This document shows, in pieces, positions 52,157-62,200 of a stretch of DNA of 64,000 nt; positions within the stretch are counted from its first letter, which is position 1; every line of letters starts with the position of its first letter. Made by a program: the position numbers and the translations under genes. Origin of the DNA: an uncultured delta proteobacterium (GTDB taxonomy: Bacteria > Desulfobacterota > Binatia > UBA9968). The stretch spans positions 1 to 64,000 of the forward strand of contig CAWJZV010000045.1 of the NCBI GenBank assembly GCA_963847445.1, read 5' to 3'. The notes below the pieces were generated by a model. It did not search any database. It saw nothing but the letters and a program-made list of their open reading frames with translations, and was not told where the DNA came from.

Positions 52157-53278
52157 TCAACTAGAACGTTTGCGCGGCGTCGCGGCGCCGATGGTCTGCT
52201 CGCCGTACTTGCGGCGCAGTTTGTCGATGGCTTGATACAGACGTCCGAAAGATTCGCGCCGCTGACGATTCAACAAGGGCTCCTGCCAGCCGGAAGTTTG
52301 CAGCGCGCTGGCGCTCACGCCCAACAAACGCACCGCGCGACCCTGGGCGATGTTCTGGCGCAGTAAGTCGCTCACCGCCTGAAAAATCTCTTTGTCAAAG
52401 CAAGTGGGCGAGGCGAGGGTGCGCGAGCGGGTGATCGTCTGGAAATTGCTATAGCGGATCTTCACCGTCAAGCAGCGGGCAAAGTACTCTTCCTGGCGCA
52501 GCCTGCCGCCGACCTCTTCGACCAGCTGCCAAAGCACTTCTTCCATTTCGGCGATGGTCTTGAGCGGAGTGCTCAGGGTCGTTTCATTGCCGATGGAATG
52601 ATCGTGGTGGTGGGGGTGTGCCGCAGCTTCGCTGAGGTCGAGATAGCGCGCCGCTAGTTCAGGCCGTGCCAATAGATCGCCAATGGTTTTGATGCCGCGC
52701 TGGAGCATGGTCTTGTGGGTCTTGGGGCCGACACCGGGGATCGTCTCCACTGCCAGCGGGGCGAGAAAGTCTTTTTCCGCCCCGGCCGGGATCTGGATCA
52801 GCCCATGGGGCTTAGCCAAGGTGGCGGCGATTTTGGCAGCGACGCGGCTGGTCGACAATCCGGCTGAGGAGGGTAGCGCCAATTCATTTTCGATGCGCCG
52901 GATCATCGCGTCGGCGGTTTTGAGCGGCGGACCGAACAGTCTCTCCGTGCCGGTGAGATCGACCAGCGCTTCGTCGATGGACAGCTTGTGCACTTCGGGC
53001 GAGTAGTGTTCGAGGATGGCGAATACTTTGTCGGAGAATTCCCCATAAGTGCGCCGCCGGTTCGGCAGAAAAATTCCCTGCGGGCAGAGTTTTTTCGCTT
53101 GAAACCCGGGCATCGCCGAGCGCACGCCGAACTCTCGCGCCGCGTAGGACGCCGAGGTCACCACGCCGCGGCCGTTGCGGCCGCCGACGATGACCGGTTT
53201 GCCTTTCAAACTCGGATCGAGCGCTTCTTCCACCGAGGCGTAGAAGGCGTCCATGTCGATGTGGAGGAACCAGGACAT
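52157..53278 (-). CDS. dinB: DNA polymerase IV
   Basis: HIDMDAFYASVE, SYAAREFGVRSAM, SIDEA, IPGVG, VRLLGV. Confidence 0.93.
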   Translation of the reverse strand: MSWFLHIDMDAFYASVEEALDPSLKGKPVIVGGRNGRGVVTSASYAAREFGVRSAMPGFQAKKLCPQGIFLPNRRRTYGEFSDKVFAILEHYSPEVHKLSIDEALVDLTGTERLFGPPLKTADAMIRRIENELALPSSAGLSTSRVAAKIAATLAKPHGLIQIPAGAEKDFLAPLAVETIPGVGPKTHKTMLQRGIKTIGDLLARPELAARYLDLSEAAAHPHHHDHSIGNETTLSTPLKTIAEMEEVLWQLVEEVGGRLRQEEYFARCLTVKIRYSNFQTITRSRTLASPTCFDKEIFQAVSDLLRQNIAQGRAVRLLGVSASALQTSGWQEPLLNRQRRESFGRLYQAIDKLRRKYGEQTIGAATPRKRSS

Positions 53279-53341
53279 GCTTGTTCGTGTTTCGTGATCG
53301 TGTTGGTTTTTCGGATCGATGAATGGTTGCCATTCCACAGC

Positions 53342-54334
53342 TCAGCGGGCGTAGAGCGAATTGATAAAGCCCGAGGCTTCGATCTTTTGCACGAAGGAGT
53401 TGTCGTAAAATACTTCGGGCTTGGCCTGGACACCCCTGGGGCTTTTTACGACATCGAGGACCGCCTGGACTTCCTGGCGGGTCATCAGCGGCACGCGTTG
53501 ATAGGCGCTGCCGTAATCGTCGTAGATGCTTTCCAAGACTTGCCGGTTATCGGTCTTTAAGAACTTGCCCATGGCTTTGAACGTGGTCTCTTTGTCGCTG
53601 CGAATGATCGCCAGAGCTTCGATATAGGCGCGGAGAAACCGGCTGATGTGATCGGGTTTCTGCTGAATTATTTTTCGTGTCGTACAGACGCCGACAAAGA
53701 CAAAGGGGATGTTTAGCTCGGTGACGTTGAGGATCGGTTTCATACCCAACTCGAGGGCTTGAATCGTCGTCGGCGCGGACATCAGGCCGGCGGCGGCATT
53801 GCCGGACTTCACCGTCGTCACCAGCGCCGGCATGCTGCCGGTGAAGAGAATTTTTACATCCTTGTCAGGAATCAAACCGTAACGGCGCAGGACGATGCGG
53901 GTCGCATAGTCGGTGGAGGCGGCGGCTTGGGTGGCGGCGACGGTTTTGCCTTTCAGATCCTGCACGGTTTTGATCGCCGGATCGCCGTACAAGTGGAAGA
54001 CAAAGCGATTGATGTTGCCGGCGACGTAGATGGTGTCGGCGCCTTCGAGGGCGACATCGATGCATTGATTGCCGACCATGCCGATGTCCTCGCTGCCGGC
54101 GACGATCGCCTGCACCGAAGTCGTCGCGGCCAAGTAATTCAGGCTATGTTGCAGGCCATGTTTGGCGAACAGGCCCAACTCTTGGCCCAACCACAGCGGC
54201 GCCATGGAACCGCCGAGGGCGTTGTAGACGATGCGGATGTTTGGGGCTTCGGCGGCGAATGACCCAGACACGCATGCTTGCGCGCCGAGCAAGGTCACGA
54301 ACAGTACCTTGGCGAGCTTTGTCGACAATTTCAT
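53342..54334 (-). CDS. ABC transporter substrate-binding protein (NMT1/SsuA-like)
   Basis: Signal peptide, GLFAKHGL, DLKGKTVA, YDNSFV. Confidence 0.88.
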   Translation of the reverse strand: MKLSTKLAKVLFVTLLGAQACVSGSFAAEAPNIRIVYNALGGSMAPLWLGQELGLFAKHGLQHSLNYLAATTSVQAIVAGSEDIGMVGNQCIDVALEGADTIYVAGNINRFVFHLYGDPAIKTVQDLKGKTVAATQAAASTDYATRIVLRRYGLIPDKDVKILFTGSMPALVTTVKSGNAAAGLMSAPTTIQALELGMKPILNVTELNIPFVFVGVCTTRKIIQQKPDHISRFLRAYIEALAIIRSDKETTFKAMGKFLKTDNRQVLESIYDDYGSAYQRVPLMTRQEVQAVLDVVKSPRGVQAKPEVFYDNSFVQKIEASGFINSLYAR

Positions 54335-54445
54335 TATGCCTCCCCGAGCGAACTATCGAGCGGAGAGTAGGAGAGCCGGCGGGTTGGTGTCAAGGGAACT
54401 GGCCGCACAAAATCGATCAAGACCCTGAAATTTGTTGTTGCGCGG

Positions 54446-55891
54446 TCAATTTTCTTTGTGTGTGCCGCGGACTGCGGAAGAAAACACTGCGAGTAAAGTG
54501 AAAATGCTCAAAGCGTAGATCGTCGTCGAGAAAGAACTCATAAAAACCTCCGGCGCGGCGCGCCAGCTGTTGGGCGAATTCACTTGATTAGCGGTTAAGC
54601 CGGCGCCGGCCAGGAGGTAGCCGAACAAAGTCGCCGATAGAGCCACACCCATGGCGCCGCCGGTGCGCGCGCTGGTAGCGATCATACCGGCGGCGGCGCC
54701 GATTTTATCCGTCGCCACGGCGCCTAAAATCGACCGTTGATTGGGCGCGTTGAAGAGCGACCAGCCGACGCCCCAAAGCACCAGCGGCAGCATGATGCGC
54801 AGCAGCGGCGCATGCAGGTCGAGGGATGCCAACAGGAACTGCGCGATGGCAACGGCGAAACAGCCGAGGGTGCAAAGCAGACGCGAGCCGAGACGGTCCG
54901 ATAGCGCGCCGGCGATGGGCGCCATCACCATGATGATCACCGAGTCGGCGACGATGATCCAGCCGGTCTGCGAAGCCGAGTAGCCGAGCAAGCTTTGCAA
55001 ATAAAATGGCAGGAGAAAATTAATTGCCGACAGAGTGGCGGCAAGCACGAACAAGCTGGCGATGCCGGCGCTGAACAGCCGGGCGCGAAACATCGACAGC
55101 ACCAGAATCGGCAGCTTGGCGCGGGCTTCGGCGCGCAGGAGAAAGACCAGCGCGATGGCGGCCAGCGCCAGGGTCAGAAAAAACGCCGGATGGCGCCAGC
55201 CGACCCGCGGCAATTGATCGATGGCGTAGATGAACAAGCCATTGGTCAATAACAGCAGCACCGCGCCGGCGATATCCACCGAGGTTTTGCCCTGCATGCG
55301 CGTCTCGGGGACGACCTTCCAAGCTAAATAGGCGCCGGCCAGGCTAAACGGCATGTTGATGTAAAAAATCCAGCGCCAGCCGAGACTGTCGATCAAGAAT
55401 CCGCCGAGTGCGGGGCCGGTGAGAAAGCCGATGTGAAACGCCGTCGACGTGAGTCCCAGGGCGCGGCCCCGTTCTTCAGCGGGCAAGTTTACCGACACGA
55501 TGGCGCGGCCGTTGGCGGCGATCATCGAGCCGCCGATGGCCTGAACCGCGCGGAAAAAAATTAGCTGGCCGGTGGTTTGGGTCATGCCGCAGATCGCCGA
55601 CGCGGTGACGAAGATCAAAAAGCCCAGGGTGTAAAAGCGCCGCCGGCCGAACATATCGCCGAGCCGTCCCATGGTGATGATCAGGCCGATTAGAACCAGA
55701 TCGTAGACCAGGATGGTCCACTGGATGGTGCTGAAGGCGGTGTTAAACGTCGTCGTCAACGTCGGCAGGGCGACGGTGATGGCGCGTTGATCGAGGCCGA
55801 CTAGGGCCTGGCCGAGGCAGACGCTCAACAAAATCAAGCGCGAGGCGCGCTTTGAGTGGACTACCTCGTGGGTTTGCGTTGGCGGAGTCAT
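54446..55891 (-). CDS. MFS transporter (DHA2/EmrB-like)
   Basis: 14-TMS pattern, GRLGDMFGRRR, GALSDRLGSR. Confidence 0.9.
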   Translation of the reverse strand: MTPPTQTHEVVHSKRASRLILLSVCLGQALVGLDQRAITVALPTLTTTFNTAFSTIQWTILVYDLVLIGLIITMGRLGDMFGRRRFYTLGFLIFVTASAICGMTQTTGQLIFFRAVQAIGGSMIAANGRAIVSVNLPAEERGRALGLTSTAFHIGFLTGPALGGFLIDSLGWRWIFYINMPFSLAGAYLAWKVVPETRMQGKTSVDIAGAVLLLLTNGLFIYAIDQLPRVGWRHPAFFLTLALAAIALVFLLRAEARAKLPILVLSMFRARLFSAGIASLFVLAATLSAINFLLPFYLQSLLGYSASQTGWIIVADSVIIMVMAPIAGALSDRLGSRLLCTLGCFAVAIAQFLLASLDLHAPLLRIMLPLVLWGVGWSLFNAPNQRSILGAVATDKIGAAAGMIATSARTGGAMGVALSATLFGYLLAGAGLTANQVNSPNSWRAAPEVFMSSFSTTIYALSIFTLLAVFSSAVRGTHKEN

Positions 55892-57339
55892 CTCGCGGTT
55901 GCCTGATCTTTCCGTGAGCCGCGCATGGCGGCGAAGATCACGGAAAAAATCGCAAAGGCGTTGATCCAGTGGGTGGTGAAGCTAAAGGATTTTAAAAACA
56001 CTTCCGGCGCCGCCGCCCAGCTGGCCGGCGACTCGATCTGCTCCGGGGTGAGGCCGTTGGCGCCCAAGGCGTAGGTCATGATTGCGCCGGAAATGGCGAT
56101 GCCCATGGCGCCGCCAATTCTCGCCGTAGTGAGCGTCATGCCGGAGGCGGCGCCGACTTTGTCGCGCGGCACGGTGCTCATGATCGCGCTCTGATTGGGC
56201 GAGTTAAACAGCGCCCAGCCCAAGCCGATCAAAATTTGCGGCATGACCATTTGGAAAATCGTCGACTGCAAAGTCAGCGAACCGATGAAATATTGACCGA
56301 CGATCATGATCGCGGCGCCGACGGTGCAAAGTATGCGCGAACCGAAGCGGTCGGACAGGCGGCCAGCCACCGGGGCTAACACGATGATCACCACCGAGCC
56401 GCCGATCAAGATCCAGCCCATCTGGGTCGGCGTGAAACCCATCAGGTTCTGCAAATAAAACGGGATCAAGACGCTAACCGCGGCCTGCGTCGAAGTCAAA
56501 AAGAACAGGCTCAAATTGGCCGCGGTGAACAGCCGGTTGCGAAACAACGATAAACTGAGGATCGGCGTGGGGGCTTTTTGTTCGGTGCGAATGAACAGAA
56601 ACAGCGTCGCGGCGGCGACGATGAAAAAAATCACGACCAAGCTGTCCTGGGCGCCGCGGTGGGGCAGGCGATTGAGCGCATAGAGGAAACAGATATTGGT
56701 CAAGAGCAGATACGCGGCGCCGGCGAAGTCCACTTGGACCTTTGCTTCGCTGCCAGCGCGCTCTTTGAGAATTATCCAACCGAAATAAGCGCAGGCCAGG
56801 CCGATGGGCACGGTGAGAAAGAACACCCAACGCCAGCCCACCGCGTCGATGATGAAGCCGCCCAGCGTCGGCCCGGTGATGTAACCGACGTGAAACGCCA
56901 TGGACGTGAAGCCGAGGGCTTTGCCGCGTTCGGACGCGGGCGAGTTGACGGTGACCAGCGCACGGCCGTTGGCCATGATCATGGCGCCGCCGATGCCTTG
57001 GAGCACGCGGAACAAAATTAATTGAGTGGAGGATTGCGCCAAACCGCAAAACAGCGAACCCAGGACGAAGATCAAAAAGCCGGAAATATAGATCCATTTG
57101 CGGCCGAACAGGTCGCCGAGTCTGCCCAACGTCAGGACCAAACCGATAACGCAGAGATCGTAAACCAACAAAACCCACTGAATGAACGACAGGTCGCTGT
57201 GAAAAACATGGGTGAGGGTGGGCAAGGCGACTTGAATGGCGCGATGGTTGATCGCCACGACGGCGAGACCGAGGGACACTTGATAAAGCACCAGCCGGGA
57301 ATGGCGTCGTTGCTCGTCGCTGATAGTTGAATCTGCCAT
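55888..57339 (-). CDS. MFS transporter (DHA2/EmrB-like), tandem paralog
   Basis: GRLGDLFGRK, GRLSDRFGSR. ATGA-coupled to the next MFS gene. Confidence 0.9.
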   Translation of the reverse strand: MADSTISDEQRRHSRLVLYQVSLGLAVVAINHRAIQVALPTLTHVFHSDLSFIQWVLLVYDLCVIGLVLTLGRLGDLFGRKWIYISGFLIFVLGSLFCGLAQSSTQLILFRVLQGIGGAMIMANGRALVTVNSPASERGKALGFTSMAFHVGYITGPTLGGFIIDAVGWRWVFFLTVPIGLACAYFGWIILKERAGSEAKVQVDFAGAAYLLLTNICFLYALNRLPHRGAQDSLVVIFFIVAAATLFLFIRTEQKAPTPILSLSLFRNRLFTAANLSLFFLTSTQAAVSVLIPFYLQNLMGFTPTQMGWILIGGSVVIIVLAPVAGRLSDRFGSRILCTVGAAIMIVGQYFIGSLTLQSTIFQMVMPQILIGLGWALFNSPNQSAIMSTVPRDKVGAASGMTLTTARIGGAMGIAISGAIMTYALGANGLTPEQIESPASWAAAPEVFLKSFSFTTHWINAFAIFSVIFAAMRGSRKDQATAR

Positions 57340-57454
57340 GAATCAAAAATTAGATTTCTTAACGGTATACCGTTTGTGGATGGGTGTTTACCATGGAAGT
57401 TCATTGTCGGGGCGAAAGATTTTCCGCCCCGACGCACACGGCAGCCGGATGAAC

Positions 57455-57498
57455 CAAAAATGAAGAGGGGGCGGGCCGGTGCCGGCTGCCCCCTCTTC
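57455..57498 (-). terminator. Rho-independent terminator after the clpB operon
   Basis: GAAGAGGGGGC..GCCCCCTCTTC stem followed by ATTTTT on the minus strand. Confidence 0.6.
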
Positions 57499-57522
57499 TG
57501 AGCGTCTCTTTTCAGAAGAAAA

Positions 57523-57687
57523 TTATGATCGGCTGTCGCGCAGCGATGCTTTGAGTTCGCGGCTGAGCTCGGCTTTGGCGCGCTTACGCAGAACGTCTTT
57601 TTTGCTTTTCAAGATTTTTCCCGGCGGCGGCAGTTCCTTGCGCACTTTCGCCAGGCCGATGGGAATCTTTTTTGCCGATGGACTCAA
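57523..57687 (-). CDS. Small basic protein (54 aa), not in the ORF track
   Basis: TTG start overlaps the clp[58 protein letters not shown]. Confidence 0.6.
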   Translation of the reverse strand: MSPSAKKIPIGLAKVRKELPPPGKILKSKKDVLRKRAKAELSRELKASLRDSRS

Positions 57688-60312
57688 TGCAGGGTCCTTT
57701 GCTCGAAGGTCGCGTCGCTCGCCAGCGGCGGACCATGGGTGAAGCTGAGCTCGTCGTCGTCCACTTCTACCTTCACGGTGTCGCCTTCTTTGAACTCGCC
57801 AGCGAGAATCTTAACCGCCAGCGGGTCCTGAATCAATCGCTGGATGGTGCGCTTGAGCGGGCGCGCGCCGTAGACCGGATCGTAGCCCTTGTCGGCGAGC
57901 AAGGCTTTGGCCGGCGCGGTGATCTCCAGCGCCATCTTGCGGTTGGCCAAATTCTGCCGCAGTCGTTTGAGCTGAATATCGACGATCGACTTGATCTCAT
58001 CGCGGCCGAGGCTGCTAAAAATGATCGTCTCGTCGACCCGGTTCAAAAACTCCGGCTTGAAGGCCTCGCGCAAGGCATTGCCGACATAGTCTTCCATCTG
58101 TTTACGGTCTTTGCCGGCGAGCTCTTGGATGTACTGGCTGCCGAGGTTCGATGTCATGATGATGACGGTGTTTTTGAAATCGACGGTGCGCCCTTGGCCA
58201 TCGGTCATGCGGCCATCTTCAAGCAGCTGTAAGAGCGCGTTGAACACGTCGGGGTGGGCCTTCTCGATTTCGTCGAACAACACCACGGAGTAGGGCCGGC
58301 GGCGCACCGCTTCGGTCAGTTGCCCGCCTTCATCGTAGCCGACGTAGCCCGGCGGGGCGCCGATCAAGCGCGAGACGGAATGTTTTTCCATGTACTCCGA
58401 CATGTCGAGGCGCACGATGGCTTGCTCGTCGTCGAAGAGAAATTCGGCCAACGCCCGGCACAGTTCGGTCTTACCGACGCCGGTGGGGCCGAGAAAGATA
58501 AACGAGCCGATCGGCCGATTGCTATCTTGCAAGCCGGCGCGGGCGCGGCGCACGGCGTTGGACACCGCGATGAATCGCGTTCTCTTGGCCGACCACGCGG
58601 AGCTTTAGCCGATCTTCCATTTTGAGCAACTTCTGGACTTCGCCTTCGAGCATCTTCGAAACCGGAATGCCGGTCCATTTGGCGACCACTTCGGCGATAT
58701 CTTCGGCGTCGACTTCTTCCTTGAGCATCTTTTGATGGGTTTGCAGTTCCGCGAGTTTCTGATTGGCCGCGTCGCTGTCTTTCTGCAACTGCGTCAACGT
58801 GCCGTAGCGCAGCTCAGCCGCCTTGTTGAGATTGCCCTCGCGTTGGGCTTTTTGTTCTTCGACCTTGGTCGCTTCGATCTTTTCCTTGATGCCACGCAGC
58901 TGTTGGATGGCGGCTTTTTCATTCTGCCAATGGGTTTTGAGAGCGCTCGAGGTCTCCTTCAAATTGTGAATATCCCGTTCGAGCTGCGCCAAACGATCCA
59001 TTGACGCTTTGTCCTGTTCGCGTTTGAGTGCCTGGCGCTCGATCTCCAATTGCATGATCTTGCGCTCGACCTCGTCGATTTCGATGGGCATGCTGTCGAT
59101 TTCAATGCGCAGCCGCGACGCGGCTTCGTCGATCAAGTCGATCGCCTTGTCCGGCAGGAAGCGGTCGCTGATATAGCGGTGCGACAGCGTCGCCGCGGCG
59201 ATAATCGCCGGGTCGGTGATACGCACGCCATGATGGACTTCGTAGCGTTCCTTCAAGCCGCGCAGGATGGCGATGGTGTCTTCCACCGAAGGCTCGCCGA
59301 CGTAGACTTGTTGAAAGCGCCGTTCCAGCGCCGGATCTTTTTCGACTCGTTTGCGGTACTCGTCCAACGTCGTCGCGCCGACGCAGCGCAGCTCACCGCG
59401 CGCCAGCGCGGGCTTGAGCATATTCGATGCATCCATGGCGCCTTCGGCGGCGCCCGCGCCGACTAATGTATGCAGCTCATCGATGAACAGAACGATCTGG
59501 CCGTCGGCCTCGGTGACTTCCTTCAAAACCGCTTTGAGACGGTCTTCAAACTCGCCGCGGAACTTCGCCCCGGCGACCAGGGCGCTGAGATCGAGCGAGA
59601 TAAGTTTTTTGTCCTTCAATCCTTCCGGGACATCGCCGTTGACGATGCGCAAGGCGAGGCCTTCCACGATGGCGGTCTTACCGACGCCCGGCTCGCCGAT
59701 CAGCACCGGATTATTCTTAGTCCGGCGCGATAGCACTTGAATCACCCGGCGAATCTCGTCGTCGCGGCCAATCACCGGATCGAGCTTGCCCTTGCGAGCC
59801 AGGTCGGTGAGATCGCGGCCGTACTTTTCCAAGGATTGATATTTTCCTTCTGGATTCGGGTCGGTGATCCGTTGAGAGCCGCGGATGCTGACCAGGGCGT
59901 TGAGAATTTTGTCGCGGGTTGCGCCCAACTCTTTGAGGGCTTTTCCGGTTTCGCCGCTATCCTGCACCATGGCGAGCAGCAAGTGTTCGGTGGAGACATA
60001 CTCGTCTTTCAACGCTTCGGCTTCGGCCTCGGCGCTTTCAATGAGTTTCTTGAGCCGTGGCGTGATATAGCTCTGGCCGCTGGCACCGGTCACTTGAGGC
60101 AGGCGGTCAAGGGTTTTTTGCAGCCTGTCGGTTAGGTTGGTTAGCGGCACGCCGAGCTTTTGCAACAGCGACAAGACCACGCCTTCCTTCTGCCCTAACA
60201 ATGAGAAAAGCAGGTGTTCGACATCGAGGGCCTGATGGTTGCGTTTGTCGGCCAGAGACTGGGCGTCACGCAATGCCTCTTGAGATTTGGTGGTAAGTTT
60301 CTCTAAATTCAT
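57684..60312 (-). CDS. clpB: Chaperone ClpB (frameshift near 58570)
   Basis: [14 protein letters not shown]-domain [32 protein letters not shown]. Confidence 0.95.
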
Positions 60313-60418
60313 ATGATTTCTCCGTAGCTTGCGGGGAAATTTAAGCATCCTTCGGCGGGCTGTCAAGAAAAAGGCTTGAACCGGGAGAAATCGCGGATTC
60401 CAGTGCCGCGTGAACGCT

Positions 60419-60592
60419 TAGCGCGCCAAAGCCGCAACCAAAGAAGAAGGGATTTCACCGCAGAGACGCGGAGTTCGCGGAGTTCGGAAAATATCTTAAT
60501 GAAAAAAATTCTTTACTCGGCGTCCTCTGCGCCTCCGCGATGAGGTTTCCGAAAGTTTGCGCACGCCCGGCAAATTTGCAGCTATAGCAGCT
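60419..60592 (+). repeat. Family-B element (copy B8)
   Basis: TAGCGCGCCAAAGCCGCAACC..GTTTGCGCACGCCCGGCAAATTTGCAGCTATAGCAG. Cargo resembles the interior of C1. Confidence 0.7.
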
Positions 60593-60610
60593 CTTCGCGC
60601 TCGCCGGCCG

Positions 60611-61393
60611 CTAGTTTCGCAGCTTGGACGGATCGAAGTATTCGAACATGGGTGGCGTCGCGCTCGATGCGGCAGCCACGTTGCCGGGCAGGTCGAGGAC
60701 GATGCCCTGGTCTTTTTGCATGGTGAAGCGGTATTTCACCGGTGCGGTGGCGAGGCTTCGCATTTTCTTGACGGTTACCGTGCGCTCATAGCCGGCTGCA
60801 GTTTCGGCCATTTCAAATACCAAGACACCGGCGGCAAGATGTTCTTCAATCGCCACACTTGGCGATGGGCCGCCGTCGGGGCAACGCTGCGCCGTCAAAA
60901 TGTTAGTGACGCTAATCTGCGTTTGCACCAGTTGGATCAGCGAGCGCGCTTGATCTTGCGCCGGGCTACTGGCGTCGGGTGGGAGGCTAAACGGCGTTAC
61001 CGGATCGATAATCAAGAGCGTCGCGCTGAGCCGTCTGACATAATTGCCGAGATCGGCGACGATCTTTTGCGGATCGATGCCTTTTTCACCGCCGCCGCGG
61101 GCACCGAAGTAGGGCGAAGCGTCGAGGATGATCAATTGCTTTTCTTGGATGTAGCTCTGGAGATCCCAACCCAATGCCGCGGCGGCCTCCAAGATCTCCG
61201 AAGGGCGCTCGTCGACGGTCACGTAGACCGCCTTATCACCCGCTTTGAGGCGGGTAGCGACTAACTGCAAACAGGCGATGGTTTTCCCGGTGCCCGATTC
61301 GCCGGCAAAGAGATAGGTGCGCCCACGGCTAAATCCACCGAGCAGCAGAGCATCCAAGCCGGTGATGCCGGTGGCGATGCGTTCGTTAGCCAT
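60611..61393 (-). CDS. KaiC/RAD55-like single-domain ATPase
   Basis: RIATGITGLD..GG, GESGTGKT, YVTVDERP, IEEH, VKKMRS. Confidence 0.88.
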   Translation of the reverse strand: MANERIATGITGLDALLLGGFSRGRTYLFAGESGTGKTIACLQLVATRLKAGDKAVYVTVDERPSEILEAAAALGWDLQSYIQEKQLIILDASPYFGARGGGEKGIDPQKIVADLGNYVRRLSATLLIIDPVTPFSLPPDASSPAQDQARSLIQLVQTQISVTNILTAQRCPDGGPSPSVAIEEHLAAGVLVFEMAETAAGYERTVTVKKMRSLATAPVKYRFTMQKDQGIVLDLPGNVAAASSATPPMFEYFDPSKLRN

Positions 61394-61421
61394 TAATATA
61401 GAGATATTGTGCGACCGGTTG

Positions 61422-62149
61422 TCAGGGCTTCGGCAGGACCACCAAGCCCTCACCCTTGACGATGTCGAATTCCAGTTGGGTCGGTTTAACGTCGGTACAG
61501 CGCATTTTTTCGACGATCAGGCTGCGCGCCAGCGCGCCATCGTTGCGCCAAATCATTTCCAAGACGACGGCGCCGGCGACCATGTATTCTTCAATGCCGT
61601 GCATGCTGCGCTCGCCGGTTCTTGGTACTGCATAGGAAGTGAGAAGGTTGGTGGTCGCCATCGAAGAACGCAGCAATTTGATCAGTAAGCGGGTTTGATC
61701 TTGGATTCGTGTGGCGACGTCGCGCAACAGGACAAACGGCCCGGCGGGATCGAGCACCAATCGCTCGGCGCCAAGCCGATTGACGAAAGTCGCCAGGTCG
61801 CTCACCGCTTTGTGAATGTCGATTTGGCGGTCATGGCCGGCGCCGGGCAGTGAACTTAAATAGGTCGCCGGCGTTAAGGATCGACAATTCATTTTGCTCC
61901 GCATGGCGTTCAAAGTCCCAACCCATCGACGCGGCTTGTTCGAGCACGTCCAGCGGTCCTTCGTCGGCGGTGACGTAAGATGCATTTTTCACCGCGTGCT
62001 AAACCCTCGGCGAGAAACTGGAGCGCAAAAATGGTTTTACCGGTGCCCGGCTCGCCGGTCACCAGGATCGAACGACCCTTGGGGAAGCCACCTTCGATCA
62101 ATGGGTCCAAGCCTTTGATCCCAGTGGTTACGCGTTCTGTTTGAATCAT
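61422..62149 (-). CDS. KaiC/RAD55-like single-domain ATPase (frameshifted)
   Basis: [44 protein letters not shown]. Confidence 0.85.
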
Positions 62150-62200
62150 CGTTATCCTTCGCTTTGCCGCTTTCAGCTGCTCGCCAGATTTTACCAGGCG

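Noticed and set aside
60313-60420. CIRCE/HrcA operator upstream of clpB, and a LexA box upstream of dinB (53280-53340)
   Set aside because: No TTAGCACTC-N9-GAGTGCTAA or recognisable SOS box was found.
880-62000. About 20 frameshifts (intron RT, Pvc16, hub, baseplate, DUF6519, S1/P1, acyl-CoA ligase, relE, hemH, clpB, kaiC-like) read as pseudogenes or programmed frameshifting
   Set aside because: They are spread evenly, hit housekeeping genes, and come without in-frame stops or decay. Long-read indel errors are the simplest explanation, though read polishing is needed to be sure.
60611-62149. Bona fide circadian clock kaiC
   Set aside because: These are single-domain proteins lacking the CII Ser/Thr phosphosites, and no kaiA or kaiB is in the window.
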